Shown: positions 55,355-64,000 of the stretch, in pieces | Numbering within the stretch: the stretch's first letter is position 1 | Layout of the letters: each line of letters starts with the position of its first letter | Assembly: GCA_033580375.1 (NCBI GenBank) | Contig: GCA_033580375.1_4527.1 | Direction: 5' to 3' (one strand) | Source of the DNA: a phage | Length of the DNA: 64,000 bases | Translations under genes and position numbers: made by a program | Notes under the pieces: model-generated | What the model saw: only the letters and a program-made list of their open reading frames with translations | Databases searched by the model: none | Told to the model about the DNA's origin: nothing

Positions 55355-55771
55355 TTATGCAGCAACCATCTGCTTTTTAATAGCTTCAGGCAGTGATTCA
55401 ATATATTCTGGAATTTTAGAAGCAACAATTTCGCCGGCTGCAATTAATTGTTCGTCGGCATCAACACAGTAGAAATCTTCCAGACGCTCAGAACCATCTT
55501 TATCAAGAACGATTTTTCCACCAGCTTCAATAGAATCTTTATAGTGCTTACGCATCAGATGAATCCACATATCAGATACATCGTTGTCGATAAAACCATA
55601 AATCATAAAACGAGTTTCTTGTGGCAAAGATTGAAGCTTTTTAGCACTTGCGTCATCACAATGCAGGACCCATGCTTTACGAACACGATTATGGTTATGT
55701 GGGTTAGCGTCAGTACGGATAGAAGTAACTTTCAGATCAGCAGCAGTAAAACCTTTAGCAGTAGTAAACAT
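55355..55771 (-). CDS. rpbA: RNA polymerase-binding protein RpbA-like
   Basis: 138 aa at the position of T4 rpbA (between 45 and 46). Positional. Confidence 0.5.
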   Translation of the reverse strand: MFTTAKGFTAADLKVTSIRTDANPHNHNRVRKAWVLHCDDASAKKLQSLPQETRFMIYGFIDNDVSDMWIHLMRKHYKDSIEAGGKIVLDKDGSERLEDFYCVDADEQLIAAGEIVASKIPEYIESLPEAIKKQMVAA

Positions 55772-55783
55772 ATTATTTCTCTC

Positions 55784-55984
55784 TTATTCGTAGAAGTCGG
55801 TAACTGTCCATGCGGAATTGCGATTAGACATTATTTTATTATACTCATCTTTAAAAGCAGATTTGAGCATTTGTTCAGTAACAATATGTTCTTCACCTGA
55901 AAACGTATTGGTCAAAACATATTTTTTAATTTCAGGGACAACAAGAAGATGTTGTCCGGTTGAATACTCCATGTTGTTCTCCAT
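55784..55984 (-). CDS. hypothetical protein (45.2 position)
   Basis: 66-aa track ORF. Confidence 0.4.
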   Translation of the reverse strand: MENNMEYSTGQHLLVVPEIKKYVLTNTFSGEEHIVTEQMLKSAFKDEYNKIMSNRNSAWTVTDFYE

Positions 55985-56026
55985 TTAATTTGATGTGGTC
56001 ATTATAACCACATCGTGTTAAAGCGT

Positions 56027-57715
56027 TTATGAAACAGTCATTACCGTAAATCGTCCAACTTTGCTCATCTGAAGATGTTGTCCATAAGCTTGTGGGTCAT
56101 GGTCTCTGTGACTAATTATAAACACGTTTGCATCGGTTAGAGAGTTAAGAATTGTTGAAATAGCTTTAATACCTTCAGAATCAGTCGCGGAATCCATGAC
56201 TTCGTCCATAATTAATGTATTGATTCTAACACCAGAAACCTTTTCAGCAATATCTCGCCATGTAAACAACAATGCGATATCGATACGTGCTTTTTCACCT
56301 TGACTAAATGAAGCATAACTAAAATCTTCACGGCCGCGTGATTTTATAGATTCATTGAATTCTTCGTCAATAGAAAACACATAATCAGCTTCCATGATTT
56401 TAAGATAATGGTTAATCTGCTTGTTGAACAGAGGCACATATTTTTTAATGATAGCACCTTTAATACCAGAATCTTTTAACATATCTGTGATAATACCACG
56501 ATGGTATTTTTCAAGAACGATATCCGATTTTGTTTTAATGATTTTATCAAGTTCTTTTTGAAGCAAAGCTATCTCATCGGCATGGTCGATAAATTCCGCC
56601 GAGGCTTGTTCTATTGCAGCTTTAACTTTCTTAGCTTTATCAATAGTGGCAATCATTGCTTGTTTCTTGGTACGAATATCGGATGCAAGGTCCTGTTTAG
56701 TCTTAACATTAGCTCGATATTCGTCCACTAGGACACTCAGATTATCTCTGTGACAGGTAAGTTGCTCGAATGAGTGATTACATTCATGAAGCTTATCGGT
56801 AATCTTAGAGACAATAGGATCACCCTGGTGCAACTGCGATGCACAAGTAGGACATGTGCCACCATCGTGATACATCTTAATAACTTTGTTATATGAGTCA
56901 ATTTTAGATTTAATCAAGAATGCTTCTTGTCCGATCTTGTTGAACGCCTCAGTAGGGTCTTCATCAAGAACGATATTAAGTAGACGCTCATTAGCTTCTT
57001 CGATTTCTGCTTTTAATGAACGAGCTTCTTTGGCTAGGTCGTCATACATATTCTGTAGACGTGCTACATTATCGCCAGATAATTTCTTTTGACGTTCGAT
57101 ATTCTCGTTATAAATCTTAATTTGTTGGATAATACCATCTTTCTTGGCATCGAGAACTTGTCCCTGGGAATTAAGTTCGCGAACTTGAGACTTATTGATT
57201 TTATCCATTTCAGCGAGTGTGCCGACTTCTAAAAGGTCTTCGACAAGTTTTCTACGAGCAGGGGTGCTAAGAGCCATGAAAGGGGTATACCCTGCCGTCC
57301 CAAGCACAACGATTTGTTTAAAAGACGCGTATGACATTCCGATGCTACGTTCAAATTCTTCTTGGAAGTCACGACTGCTGGCAGATTCATCGAGACGAAC
57401 ACCGTCAACGGAGATTTCGAAAATATTGGGCTTTTGGCCACGTTTAATGAAGTATTTTTTACCATCGAATTCCATCCAAAGCTCAACTAAGAGCTCTTTC
57501 TTGTTCGTGCTATTAATGATTTGTCCTTTCTTAACATCACGAAATGGTTTACCGAAAAGTCCGAAAGTAATGGCTTCTAACATCGTAGATTTACCACCGC
57601 CATTTTTACCAGTGATTAATGTCTTTTGGACTTTATCTAATTGGATATCGATAGGATTCCCACCTACCGACATGATGTTTTGATAACGAACACGATTTAA
57701 TTTAAATGATTTCAT
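56027..57715 (-). CDS. 46: Recombination endonuclease subunit gp46 (Rad50/SbcC-like ATPase)
   Basis: 562 aa (T4 560); Walker A GKNGGGKST, coiled-coil middle, CxxC zinc hook (CPTC), C-terminal D-loop/signature region. Confidence 0.9.
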   Translation of the reverse strand: MKSFKLNRVRYQNIMSVGGNPIDIQLDKVQKTLITGKNGGGKSTMLEAITFGLFGKPFRDVKKGQIINSTNKKELLVELWMEFDGKKYFIKRGQKPNIFEISVDGVRLDESASSRDFQEEFERSIGMSYASFKQIVVLGTAGYTPFMALSTPARRKLVEDLLEVGTLAEMDKINKSQVRELNSQGQVLDAKKDGIIQQIKIYNENIERQKKLSGDNVARLQNMYDDLAKEARSLKAEIEEANERLLNIVLDEDPTEAFNKIGQEAFLIKSKIDSYNKVIKMYHDGGTCPTCASQLHQGDPIVSKITDKLHECNHSFEQLTCHRDNLSVLVDEYRANVKTKQDLASDIRTKKQAMIATIDKAKKVKAAIEQASAEFIDHADEIALLQKELDKIIKTKSDIVLEKYHRGIITDMLKDSGIKGAIIKKYVPLFNKQINHYLKIMEADYVFSIDEEFNESIKSRGREDFSYASFSQGEKARIDIALLFTWRDIAEKVSGVRINTLIMDEVMDSATDSEGIKAISTILNSLTDANVFIISHRDHDPQAYGQHLQMSKVGRFTVMTVS

Positions 57716-57960
57716 ATGTATTCTCTTCGAATGAAGTCCTCTACATATTTTAACATGTCATCCCTATCAGCAAAATATTCATCTAGTTCTGCATACATAA
57801 CAACACCCGGTGCATACTCACAGGTAACATACATTGTTCCAAAGAAACGAGGAGATGATTCCTCGTAATTCTCAGTCCATTCAACGATACCAATATAACC
57901 GTCGCCAATACTAAATTCATGACGATGGATTTCATAGTCAGTCTTCGTCATTATACGCAT
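57712..57960 (-). CDS. hypothetical protein (46.1 position)
   Basis: 82-aa track ORF. Confidence 0.4.
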   Translation of the reverse strand: MRIMTKTDYEIHRHEFSIGDGYIGIVEWTENYEESSPRFFGTMYVTCEYAPGVVMYAELDEYFADRDDMLKYVEDFIRREYI

Positions 57961-58195
57961 CCTCGATACATGCTTCAGCCATTTTAAGAATAGAGCCAGG
58001 AGTATCGTTGTCCATTATATTAAAGCTAAATTCAATAGCCCAGTCGGTACAGACATGAACGGCTTTAACTTCATTGCCTTCAACGCGTAATGGCTCAATC
58101 CAATACTTGATGGTGTTCTCGAATCCATCATCATCTTTAACGTCTATTTCAGCTTCAAGTCCGAGCCCAGCATTGTTAAATTCATCTAAAGTCAT
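57938..58195 (-). CDS. hypothetical protein (46.2 position)
   Basis: 85-aa track ORF. Confidence 0.4.
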   Translation of the reverse strand: MTLDEFNNAGLGLEAEIDVKDDDGFENTIKYWIEPLRVEGNEVKAVHVCTDWAIEFSFNIMDNDTPGSILKMAEACIEDAYNDED

Positions 58196-59211
58196 TGTGT
58201 TGCCTCAATATAAAGTTCGTTGGAATATTTGACCAGCGCTTCTCTGTCTTCGTCTGAGATATCTGGAATCGCGTCAATATATTCTTTAATGATATCTTGA
58301 AGTGATTTAATCTCGATTTCCTGGTCGTCATCAGATTCAACACTGTTATCAACTTTAGAAACCATACGAAGAGAGTGAACTACTTTTTCAAGTTCAGATT
58401 CAAACTTAGTCAACTCTGAATCAATTTCTGATACTATAACACGTACGGCTAGATTAGTATAATCAGAATAATTGATTTTGCCTTTAAACGGATAAGTGAT
58501 TCGTCGATGCCATGTTGTTTCATTAGGAATAAATTCCATACGTTCAACATCAGTGTCAAATACCCAGAATCCGCGCGGGTCGTTCTCGTCACCTGCAGTA
58601 AGGGTCCATGGTGTCCCAATATATTTGACGTTAGCAGCTTCAGAGATTGTGTGGAAGTGGCCAGACCAGACTTGTTTATAGGTCTTTAAGAAATCAGGTT
58701 CAAGCCCATGAGACTTCATTCCTTTATAGAAATAAAAGCCATTCAGTTCCCAGTGCCCAACACAATATGCCGCAGAAGAAGTCTTGATGTGCTCTAAGAT
58801 TTCACCTGTATTTTCTTCACACATCCACGGAACGATATCAATCAGACATCCGTCAAAATCTACAGTAGTTGGATGTTCGTAAATAGTAAAGTTTTCAAAT
58901 TGAGTTAACAATTCAGAAACAGTGTTAGGTGTTATTGTATTCTTAAACGCCATGTCATGGTTTCCTATCGTGACATGAACGTGAATGCCTGCTTTAGAAA
59001 TCATATCAACGATTTCACGATTGAATTCCATTGTACGATGTGTAATTGCTTTACGGACGTCAAACCAATCACCGTACTGAATCCAAGTTTTAATCCCGTG
59101 TTTCTTAGAGTATTCAATTGCTTGACGAATACCATCACGTTGAATATCTTGAACCCATGGGTCATCTTGTTTGACTCCGATATGGAAGTCGCCTAAGTGC
59201 AAAATTTTCAT
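58192..59211 (-). CDS. 47: Recombination nuclease subunit gp47 (Mre11/SbcD-like phosphoesterase)
   Basis: 339 aa (same as T4); MKILHLGDFHIG, calcineurin-like phosphoesterase motifs (GNHD, GHFH). Confidence 0.9.
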   Translation of the reverse strand: MKILHLGDFHIGVKQDDPWVQDIQRDGIRQAIEYSKKHGIKTWIQYGDWFDVRKAITHRTMEFNREIVDMISKAGIHVHVTIGNHDMAFKNTITPNTVSELLTQFENFTIYEHPTTVDFDGCLIDIVPWMCEENTGEILEHIKTSSAAYCVGHWELNGFYFYKGMKSHGLEPDFLKTYKQVWSGHFHTISEAANVKYIGTPWTLTAGDENDPRGFWVFDTDVERMEFIPNETTWHRRITYPFKGKINYSDYTNLAVRVIVSEIDSELTKFESELEKVVHSLRMVSKVDNSVESDDDQEIEIKSLQDIIKEYIDAIPDISDEDREALVKYSNELYIEATQ

Positions 59212-59234
59212 ATTATTTCCTCATTAGTTAATTC

Positions 59235-59260
59235 ATTCTATCATCCGTTTATAAAGCAAA
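59235..59260 (-). promoter_or_regulatory. Candidate MotA-dependent middle promoter for gene 47 (TTTGCTTTA, 11 nt, TAGAAT)
   Basis: Minus strand TTTGCTTTAtaaacggatgaTAGAATgaattaactaatGAGGaaataatATG; shares CGGATGATAGAAT with the gene 39 candidate. Confidence 0.4.
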
Positions 59261-59283
59261 AAAAAAAGAACTCCGAAGAGTTC
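59258..59283 (-). terminator. Intrinsic terminator (GAACUC-UUCG-GAGUUC + U10, minus strand)
   Basis: Perfect stem, UUCG loop, followed by ten U on minus strand. Confidence 0.55.
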
Positions 59284-59457
59284 CTATCCACATAGTACAC
59301 CGTACAGAGGCTCATTTGAACTTTTAAATCGAATGGGCTTGTGCGTAATAGTTCCTTCGGCTTTAGCTTTATCATAAGACTCTTTAAAACGTCTCATTCT
59401 TTCTGCTTTGCCTTTACGGATTTTATCGAAATTTTCAGAGGTCAGGTCGTTCGTCAT
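59284..59457 (-). CDS. small basic hypothetical protein (~57 aa); coordinates approximate
   Basis: Hand translation MTNDLTSENFDKIRKGKAERMRRFKESYDKAKAEGTITHKPIRFKSSNEPLYGVLCG; below track cutoff. Confidence 0.3.
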   Translation of the reverse strand: MTNDLTSENFDKIRKGKAERMRRFKESYDKAKAEGTITHKPIRFKSSNEPLYGVLCG

Positions 59458-59496
59458 GCATAAGCACCTCTCAGAAAATGCCTAAATCGATTTCTC

Positions 59497-59718
59497 TCAT
59501 CGTTTCCACCATTTCTTAACTTGAAATGAATCGACCCACACGAGTTGTTTTGGGTCTGCCTTTACAATAGGCGGACAAATTTCTGTAATAGAACCGTCGT
59601 GATATTCCTTTTCAGAAATTTTAACACAAAGAGGACCACCCAATTTAATGGTGAACCCTGCGTTCAGCTTCAGACGTTTAAATTTTGTTTGAACTAGCGC
59701 CATTAATGATGTCCTCAA
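59497..59718 (-). CDS. hypothetical protein
   Basis: 73-aa track ORF in the region where T4 carries alpha-gt. Confidence 0.35.
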   Translation of the reverse strand: MRTSLMALVQTKFKRLKLNAGFTIKLGGPLCVKISEKEYHDGSITEICPPIVKADPKQLVWVDSFQVKKWWKR

Positions 59719-60001
59719 TAGCCTGACGAGTAGTAATCCACTGGATTTTAATTAACTTGTCATTATATGGTTGTCGTAGAATATCCCGAGATTTCTTAAT
59801 AGCATATTCGTAAGCTTCGAAGTTGTTTTGAATTGCTGCTTCTTGAGCATGTGCATAAAGACGGTTTAGTTCAAAACGATTCTTTTTAAGAATCTTTTCA
59901 GATTTTTTACGTGCTTCAGCTTCATTTTTCTTTTGGATTTCTTGTAGCATTTTAGCCACTGCATCTTCTGCTTCTTTATTTTCAATAATCTCGGTAGTCA
60001 T
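59678..60001 (-). CDS. hypothetical protein
   Basis: 107-aa track ORF, Lys/Glu rich. Confidence 0.4.
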   Translation of the reverse strand: MTTEIIENKEAEDAVAKMLQEIQKKNEAEARKKSEKILKKNRFELNRLYAHAQEAAIQNNFEAYEYAIKKSRDILRQPYNDKLIKIQWITTRQAIEDIINGASSNKI

Positions 60002-60002
60002 A

Positions 60003-60216
60003 TTATCTCATTAAATTAAAATAAAAACGTCCGTCCTCTTCAATACAGAACTCGTACTCAACTGGAGTCCCATTTATCGAAAATGACACGTCATGTGGGT
60101 TCAAAGGGTCGATGTCAAAATTAATTTTAAATTCTCGACCCAACAGTTTTACCAAATAAGGGATTGCTTCGTCAAAAGGTTCTTCTAAGTAGTTAGAGAT
60201 ATCAATTGTCATCCTC
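60003..60216 (-). CDS. hypothetical protein (start trimmed to Met just after gene 55 stop)
   Basis: Track ORF 60003..60296 overlaps the gene 55 3' end in another frame; internal Met chosen. Confidence 0.35.
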
Positions 60217-60759
60217 ATATAAAAAATCCAAACTAGGTGAATCGCTAACAACTTCCTTCTTTTCAGCCCCAGGAGCTTTATAAGCGGATTCTTCATAATG
60301 CGTCATTTTATCGTAGATGTCTTGAATAAACGTTTCATCTACCAACGCTACCATATCATCGTCATGACTGTCGTAGACGTTATGAACGAAGTAACTATAT
60401 TTCTTTGCAACTTCCTTACGTTCTTTTTTGATACGTTGGACAAAAGCATTAAAACAAGCTCGAGTTATGTATGCATGTGGGTTATTGTACTTAGTTTCGT
60501 CGAAATTATGAAGTCCCTTAATAGAGGCTTCAATCCCATCTGCAATCATCTCCTGCTTCCAAGACTGGGTATATCCTGAAAAGTTGAAACGTTTGGACAG
60601 GCCTTCGGCGATAAGCATAATTGCTAAACCGATGGTATCATTCTGACGAATAATTTTGTTTGGGTCTTTATTATTTAAGAGCTCCTTTTTCCACTCGATT
60701 ATAGCGGCGAGAAGCTCTTTATTATTCACATAGTTATTTTTAGGTTTTTGTTCAGTCAT
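60202..60759 (-). CDS. 55: Late sigma factor gp55 (track ORF uses upstream TTG; ATG at 60759 gives the T4-like 185 aa)
   Basis: [27 protein letters not shown]..., region 2-like sigma motifs; length and sequence match T4 gp55. Confidence 0.85.
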   Translation of the reverse strand: MTEQKPKNNYVNNKELLAAIIEWKKELLNNKDPNKIIRQNDTIGLAIMLIAEGLSKRFNFSGYTQSWKQEMIADGIEASIKGLHNFDETKYNNPHAYITRACFNAFVQRIKKERKEVAKKYSYFVHNVYDSHDDDMVALVDETFIQDIYDKMTHYEESAYKAPGAEKKEVVSDSPSLDFLYEDDN

Positions 60760-60914
60760 AAGTACCTCTTGGCTCAATTCATAGGTCTATTATATCATAA
60801 TATTTAGAGACCTATCTTAAAGCACGAGATACTATCAAAGATACGTAACTTTCATAAAGTTGACGACTTAAAATTCACCAAACTTTTCTTCGGTTATAGC
60901 AATTCGAGATAGTT

Positions 60915-61142
60915 TCATTCTAATTCCTTCGCTGCAAATAAGGCAGCATCCAACGAATCAAATTGGTCAACGAAATCAATATTCAACGCATCGTCAACCG
61001 TAGCATATAACCACCATTGTTTGAATTCGTATTCTAGAATAAATCCAGGACCTTCAATCTGAGGAAGACCTAGGCTATTTGTACCAACTTCGTAACCAGC
61101 TAGACGCAGGTCATTAATCAAAGTTTCTGTTAATACGCTCAT
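60915..61142 (-). CDS. hypothetical protein
   Basis: 75-aa track ORF. Confidence 0.35.
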   Translation of the reverse strand: MSVLTETLINDLRLAGYEVGTNSLGLPQIEGPGFILEYEFKQWWLYATVDDALNIDFVDQFDSLDAALFAAKELE

Positions 61143-61519
61143 TTTACCGCCTTAACAATTTTCAGGTCAACGAATTTTTTCTTACGTTGATTTTTCATAC
61201 GACGGATAGTCTTTTCAGAGATTTCATGTTTCTGATAAGCTTTAGATTCAACACCAAATGCAGCAACGTCAAATTCAGAAAGAATATATTGTACTAGAAT
61301 TTCGCGAATAGAATTACGTCCAATTTTCTGGTCGTGTTTTTGCATGATTTCATAAAGACGGAATTCCCACGCATCAAGAACTTGAGGAGTAACAATATTG
61401 CCGGATTCCAGAAGAGCAACAACTTTATCGAAAGCGAAAGAATTAACTACGTTTTTGATTTTAGTAGACATATTATTTTCCTCGGTTATTTTATTATCCA
61501 ATGAGAGAATTATACTCAT
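61139..61519 (-). CDS. hypothetical protein
   Basis: 126-aa track ORF. Confidence 0.4.
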   Translation of the reverse strand: MSIILSLDNKITEENNMSTKIKNVVNSFAFDKVVALLESGNIVTPQVLDAWEFRLYEIMQKHDQKIGRNSIREILVQYILSEFDVAAFGVESKAYQKHEISEKTIRRMKNQRKKKFVDLKIVKAVK

Positions 61520-61776
61520 CTCTCAAGAGTTTCTATACTATTTTTAAGCATGAAAAGTAAGTAATTTGTATCACGTGGAGTAATATCAACACCCATATCA
61601 AAGATGCCTTTATAGATTGGGTATTTGTTTTCGGTTGTATCGAAGCTGAAACTATTTCCATCACATCTAACAGTAATAGCATCTGTTAAAATGTCATACT
61701 CAATCCTAACAATTGAATCCCCAATTTTAACGTCGAGGTGTTTTTTGAATTTGATAAAATCTAATTCTTCGGCCAC
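61516..61776 (-). CDS. hypothetical protein
   Basis: 86-aa track ORF. Confidence 0.4.
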   Translation of the reverse strand: MAEELDFIKFKKHLDVKIGDSIVRIEYDILTDAITVRCDGNSFSFDTTENKYPIYKGIFDMGVDITPRDTNYLLFMLKNSIETLER

Positions 61777-61839
61777 GATATTTTCCTCATTTTAAGACGA
61801 TAGGAAGATAATAACATGTCTTCCTATCGTTGTACATTA

Positions 61840-62040
61840 TTAACCGAACTTTTTAGCGCCTTTCCAGCCTTCGTACATAACTGCACAAGTCAGTAGTACA
61901 GCGTGCTGGCATTCTTTGTATTTGTAAATCCAGAACCAGCGTAAGAAGTCTTCGTCCTCAACACCATTGAGTTTCATATTGGCAAAGAATTCTGCACGTT
62001 CTTCACGAAGTTGCCATGACACAATATTTTCAGGATTCAT
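61840..62040 (-). CDS. hypothetical protein
   Basis: 66-aa track ORF. Confidence 0.35.
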   Translation of the reverse strand: MNPENIVSWQLREERAEFFANMKLNGVEDEDFLRWFWIYKYKECQHAVLLTCAVMYEGWKGAKKFG

Positions 62041-62265
62041 TTAAATTTTCCAGTTACCGTTTTCATCAATAAATTTAATCCAGTCATTTACTGACCACTT
62101 AGTTGTATCGCCTTTTGGAGCAGAATTTAAAGTGTAGAACCCTTGCTTAAAAAGCCAGCGTTTGATATTCATAATTTCCTCAACTGTAACGATAACATTC
62201 GTTAGCTTTACGTTTGGCTTCAGTATGAGAAGTATTATAATCATACTCTTCTTTACTGTAAACAT
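62041..62265 (-). CDS. hypothetical protein
   Basis: 74-aa track ORF. Confidence 0.35.
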   Translation of the reverse strand: MFTVKKSMIIILLILKPNVKLTNVIVTVEEIMNIKRWLFKQGFYTLNSAPKGDTTKWSVNDWIKFIDENGNWKI

Positions 62266-62500
62266 CTTTTTTCAACTTACGAACTTCTTTGCGGAGTTGT
62301 CGATTCATTTCATTCTTGACTTCAGAATCAACGCCTTTCATACGTTTCCATTTATCTGAGCGGAAGATGTTTTCAACCATGTCTTTGTGGCTAACACCGT
62401 CAGGAGCTTTACGCTTACCAAAATAGTCGTAATCGCGAACTTTCAAATCTTTACGACGATATGTTTTACCCATAAGTACCTCAGAGGTTGATTGATACAA
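62180..62500 (-). CDS. hypothetical basic protein (true start probably internal)
   Basis: 106-aa track ORF overlapping neighbour. Confidence 0.3.
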   Translation of the reverse strand: MYQSTSEVLMGKTYRRKDLKVRDYDYFGKRKAPDGVSHKDMVENIFRSDKWKRMKGVDSEVKNEMNRQLRKEVRKLKKDVYSKEEYDYNTSHTEAKRKANECYRYS

Positions 62501-62729
62501 TGCGTTTGATAAAATTCACTTCACTTACTGAAAGGTCTTTAAGACCGATTGATTCTAAACGCTGAGTAAGCGTCAACATTGGGATATAGTCCCAATGAGT
62601 TTTATTTGCTTGATAAGTACGAACGTCATTAGCAATTTCAACATGCAAATCGGAAATGGTAATGAATACCTGATGCTCGTCATTAACTTTAAGGGTTAGA
62701 ACAACCTTCTTTGAATCTAAACTAATCAT
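62481..62729 (-). CDS. hypothetical protein
   Basis: 82-aa track ORF. Confidence 0.35.
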   Translation of the reverse strand: MISLDSKKVVLTLKVNDEHQVFITISDLHVEIANDVRTYQANKTHWDYIPMLTLTQRLESIGLKDLSVSEVNFIKRIVSINL

Positions 62730-63070
62730 GGCTTAATTTCCTTCGCAATTGAACAGAAGATACTACGGTCACAAAGCATTTCACCAATTTCTGGATATTT
62801 GATTGAACGGTACCAAACATCCAGGCTTGAAACTCTGGTTATCTGTACTGCGTTACCGTTGACAGAATAGTACTGCTCAACCTTAATTTCTTTATCTTCA
62901 ATTGTCATTTTGTTTTCCTCTATAGCAGTTGGTTTAATCTTAACACATCTATCGAGGATGTAAACTGTTTTATGAAAAATATTTTTGATTTGAGAGGGGC
63001 ACAAGGAGATAGTGAAGTGAAGATTCCAATGGATTATATTAGAAATAGGATAAAGAAGACCAGGCGGCAC
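62726..63070 (-). CDS. hypothetical protein
   Basis: 114-aa track ORF. Confidence 0.4.
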   Translation of the reverse strand: MPPGLLYPISNIIHWNLHFTISLCPSQIKNIFHKTVYILDRCVKIKPTAIEENKMTIEDKEIKVEQYYSVNGNAVQITRVSSLDVWYRSIKYPEIGEMLCDRSIFCSIAKEIKP

Positions 63071-63074
63071 CTGG

Positions 63075-63380
63075 TCAATCTTCTATGATATCAGAGTCGT
63101 ATCCTAATGAAATCAAGGACTTTTTAAACTCTGCAATATTCTTTTGTTTCTTATCATTTAAAAATATGACAGGATAACGAATATTAAGTGAAGTGAATCC
63201 TGCACGTTTAGCAAGAGATACGATTAAAGGACGGTCGTATTCAATCTTACCATTATTAGTGAGGACTTTATAAAATGTATAAGGAACATTGAGCTCCTTT
63301 AAAAGTTTTGTAACAGTATAACATCCTGGACAACGTCCAACTTCTTCAGGGATGCCATAAATTTCAATCTTGTTCTTTAA
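63075..63380 (-). CDS. Glutaredoxin/NrdH-like redoxin (C-P-G-C active site); start uncertain
   Basis: C-terminal ~100 aa of track ORF 63075..63527: KIEIYGIPEEVGRCPGCYTVTKLLKELNVPYTFYKV is a thioredoxin-fold redox motif; N-terminal 50 aa of the track ORF overlap the upstream gene and are probably not translated. Confidence 0.45.
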   Translation of the reverse strand, partial: LKNKIEIYGIPEEVGRCPGCYTVTKLLKELNVPYTFYKVLTNNGKIEYDRPLIVSLAKRAGFTSLNIRYPVIFLNDKKQKNIAEFKKSLISLGYDSDIIED

Positions 63381-63681
63381 GTTCGAGTTTTGTTCCACGA
63401 GAAATAATTCCTTGGTAAGCCCAATAAGGAGGATTAACAGAATCCTCACCCGAGTTTTCTTCAGGAAAATAAACCTGGATAACGAAGCCGGATTCATCAA
63501 ATGTAAAATAAACTGTAGGCAGTTCACCTAACAATTCGGCGCGAGCATTAATTTCTTCGAGATCTCGTTCACGTCCAGCCCAAAAACTAGGATTTAGATT
63601 ACATTCGTAAAAATAATAGTCATTACCGAACATATCAAACCCATTCCAACTCTCTACCACGTACCGCTCAAAACTAATCAT
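63364..63681 (-). CDS. hypothetical protein
   Basis: 105-aa track ORF. Confidence 0.4.
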   Translation of the reverse strand: MISFERYVVESWNGFDMFGNDYYFYECNLNPSFWAGRERDLEEINARAELLGELPTVYFTFDESGFVIQVYFPEENSGEDSVNPPYWAYQGIISRGTKLELKEQD

Positions 63682-63683
63682 AA

Positions 63684-63899
63684 TTAAGCCTTTTTATCAA
63701 GAACAGAATTCAGTTTGTTAGTAATTTTATCCAGACGCTCATTGAACTCATTAGAAGATAAGCCCTTTTCTGGAGAAATTAAACTAATCACGAAAAATAC
63801 ACCAGTAAAAGGAATAAGAAAAATAGCTCCAACTGCCATAAACAAAAAGAACGTTACAGTTGTAAGAAAATCAGCTAAACCTTTACGAAATTTATACAT
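63684..63899 (-). CDS. small membrane protein (hypothetical)
   Basis: 71-aa track ORF with hydrophobic core FFLFMAVGAIFLIPFTGVFFVISLI. Confidence 0.4.
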   Translation of the reverse strand: MYKFRKGLADFLTTVTFFLFMAVGAIFLIPFTGVFFVISLISPEKGLSSNEFNERLDKITNKLNSVLDKKA

Positions 63900-64000
63900 A
63901 TTTACCCTTAATTAATTAACCAAGCATTGATAAGCACTAAACTATATTGCGAATAAAATTCTGGACCAAAATGAAAAATCATATCATTTATAGTATCCAT

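Noticed and set aside
1-64000. Searched by eye for tRNA/rRNA genes, CRISPR arrays, transposases, integrases, homing endonucleases (GIY-YIG/HNH) and group I introns
   Set aside because: None recognised; the T4 tRNA cluster and intron-containing genes (td, nrdB, nrdD) lie outside the region covered by this window. Absence is by inspection only, not by a dedicated scan.

Overview
This window is about 64 kb of a T4-like (T-even, Tevenvirinae) myovirus genome, collinear with the T4 map. All calls rest on reading the six-frame track by eye against remembered T4 proteins and motifs; no searches were run. Gene order: 33 (partial), dsbA and rnh on the minus strand; the long-tail-fibre late operon 34-35-36-37-38 plus holin t on the plus strand (1.5-12.0 kb); then one long minus-strand early/middle block (asiA, motA, 52, ndd, denB, rIIB, rIIA, 39, dexA, dda, mod-like ADP-ribosyltransferase, soc, 56, 61, sp, dmd, 41, uvsX, 42, 43, regA, 62, 44, 45, rpbA, 46, 47, 55, NrdH-like redoxin). 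It is not T4 itself: gp38 is a T2-type glycine-rich adhesin, gp37 ends in an intramolecular-chaperone domain, gene 39 is a single 605-aa ORF with no gene 60, and no alpha- or beta-glucosyltransferase gene sits at the T4 positions. The most interesting region is 43.3-49.8 kb between uvsX and gene 43, where T4 has beta-gt/42/imm. Here it encodes a P-loop kinase-like protein, an unknown 298-aa protein, a dCMP-hydroxymethylase homolog, a U32-family protein, a HAD phosphatase, a fused sugar-kinase/nucleotidyltransferase and a SIS-domain arabinose-5-phosphate-isomerase-like protein. With a glycosyltransferase-like ORF at the rIIA-39 junction and the dCTPase gp56, this reads as a phage-encoded NDP-pentose (probably D-arabinose) pathway for glycosylating hydroxymethylcytosine DNA, plus two components (U32 protein, P-loop kinase) that the pathway does not explain. 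I believe a similar arabinosyl-hmC system has been reported for RB69-like phages, so the sugar module may not be new; the U32 and kinase components are the part I cannot place. No rRNA, tRNA, CRISPR array, transposase or homing endonuclease was recognised. Hand-derived coordinates for promoters, hairpins and sub-60-aa ORFs are approximate (about +/-2 nt).
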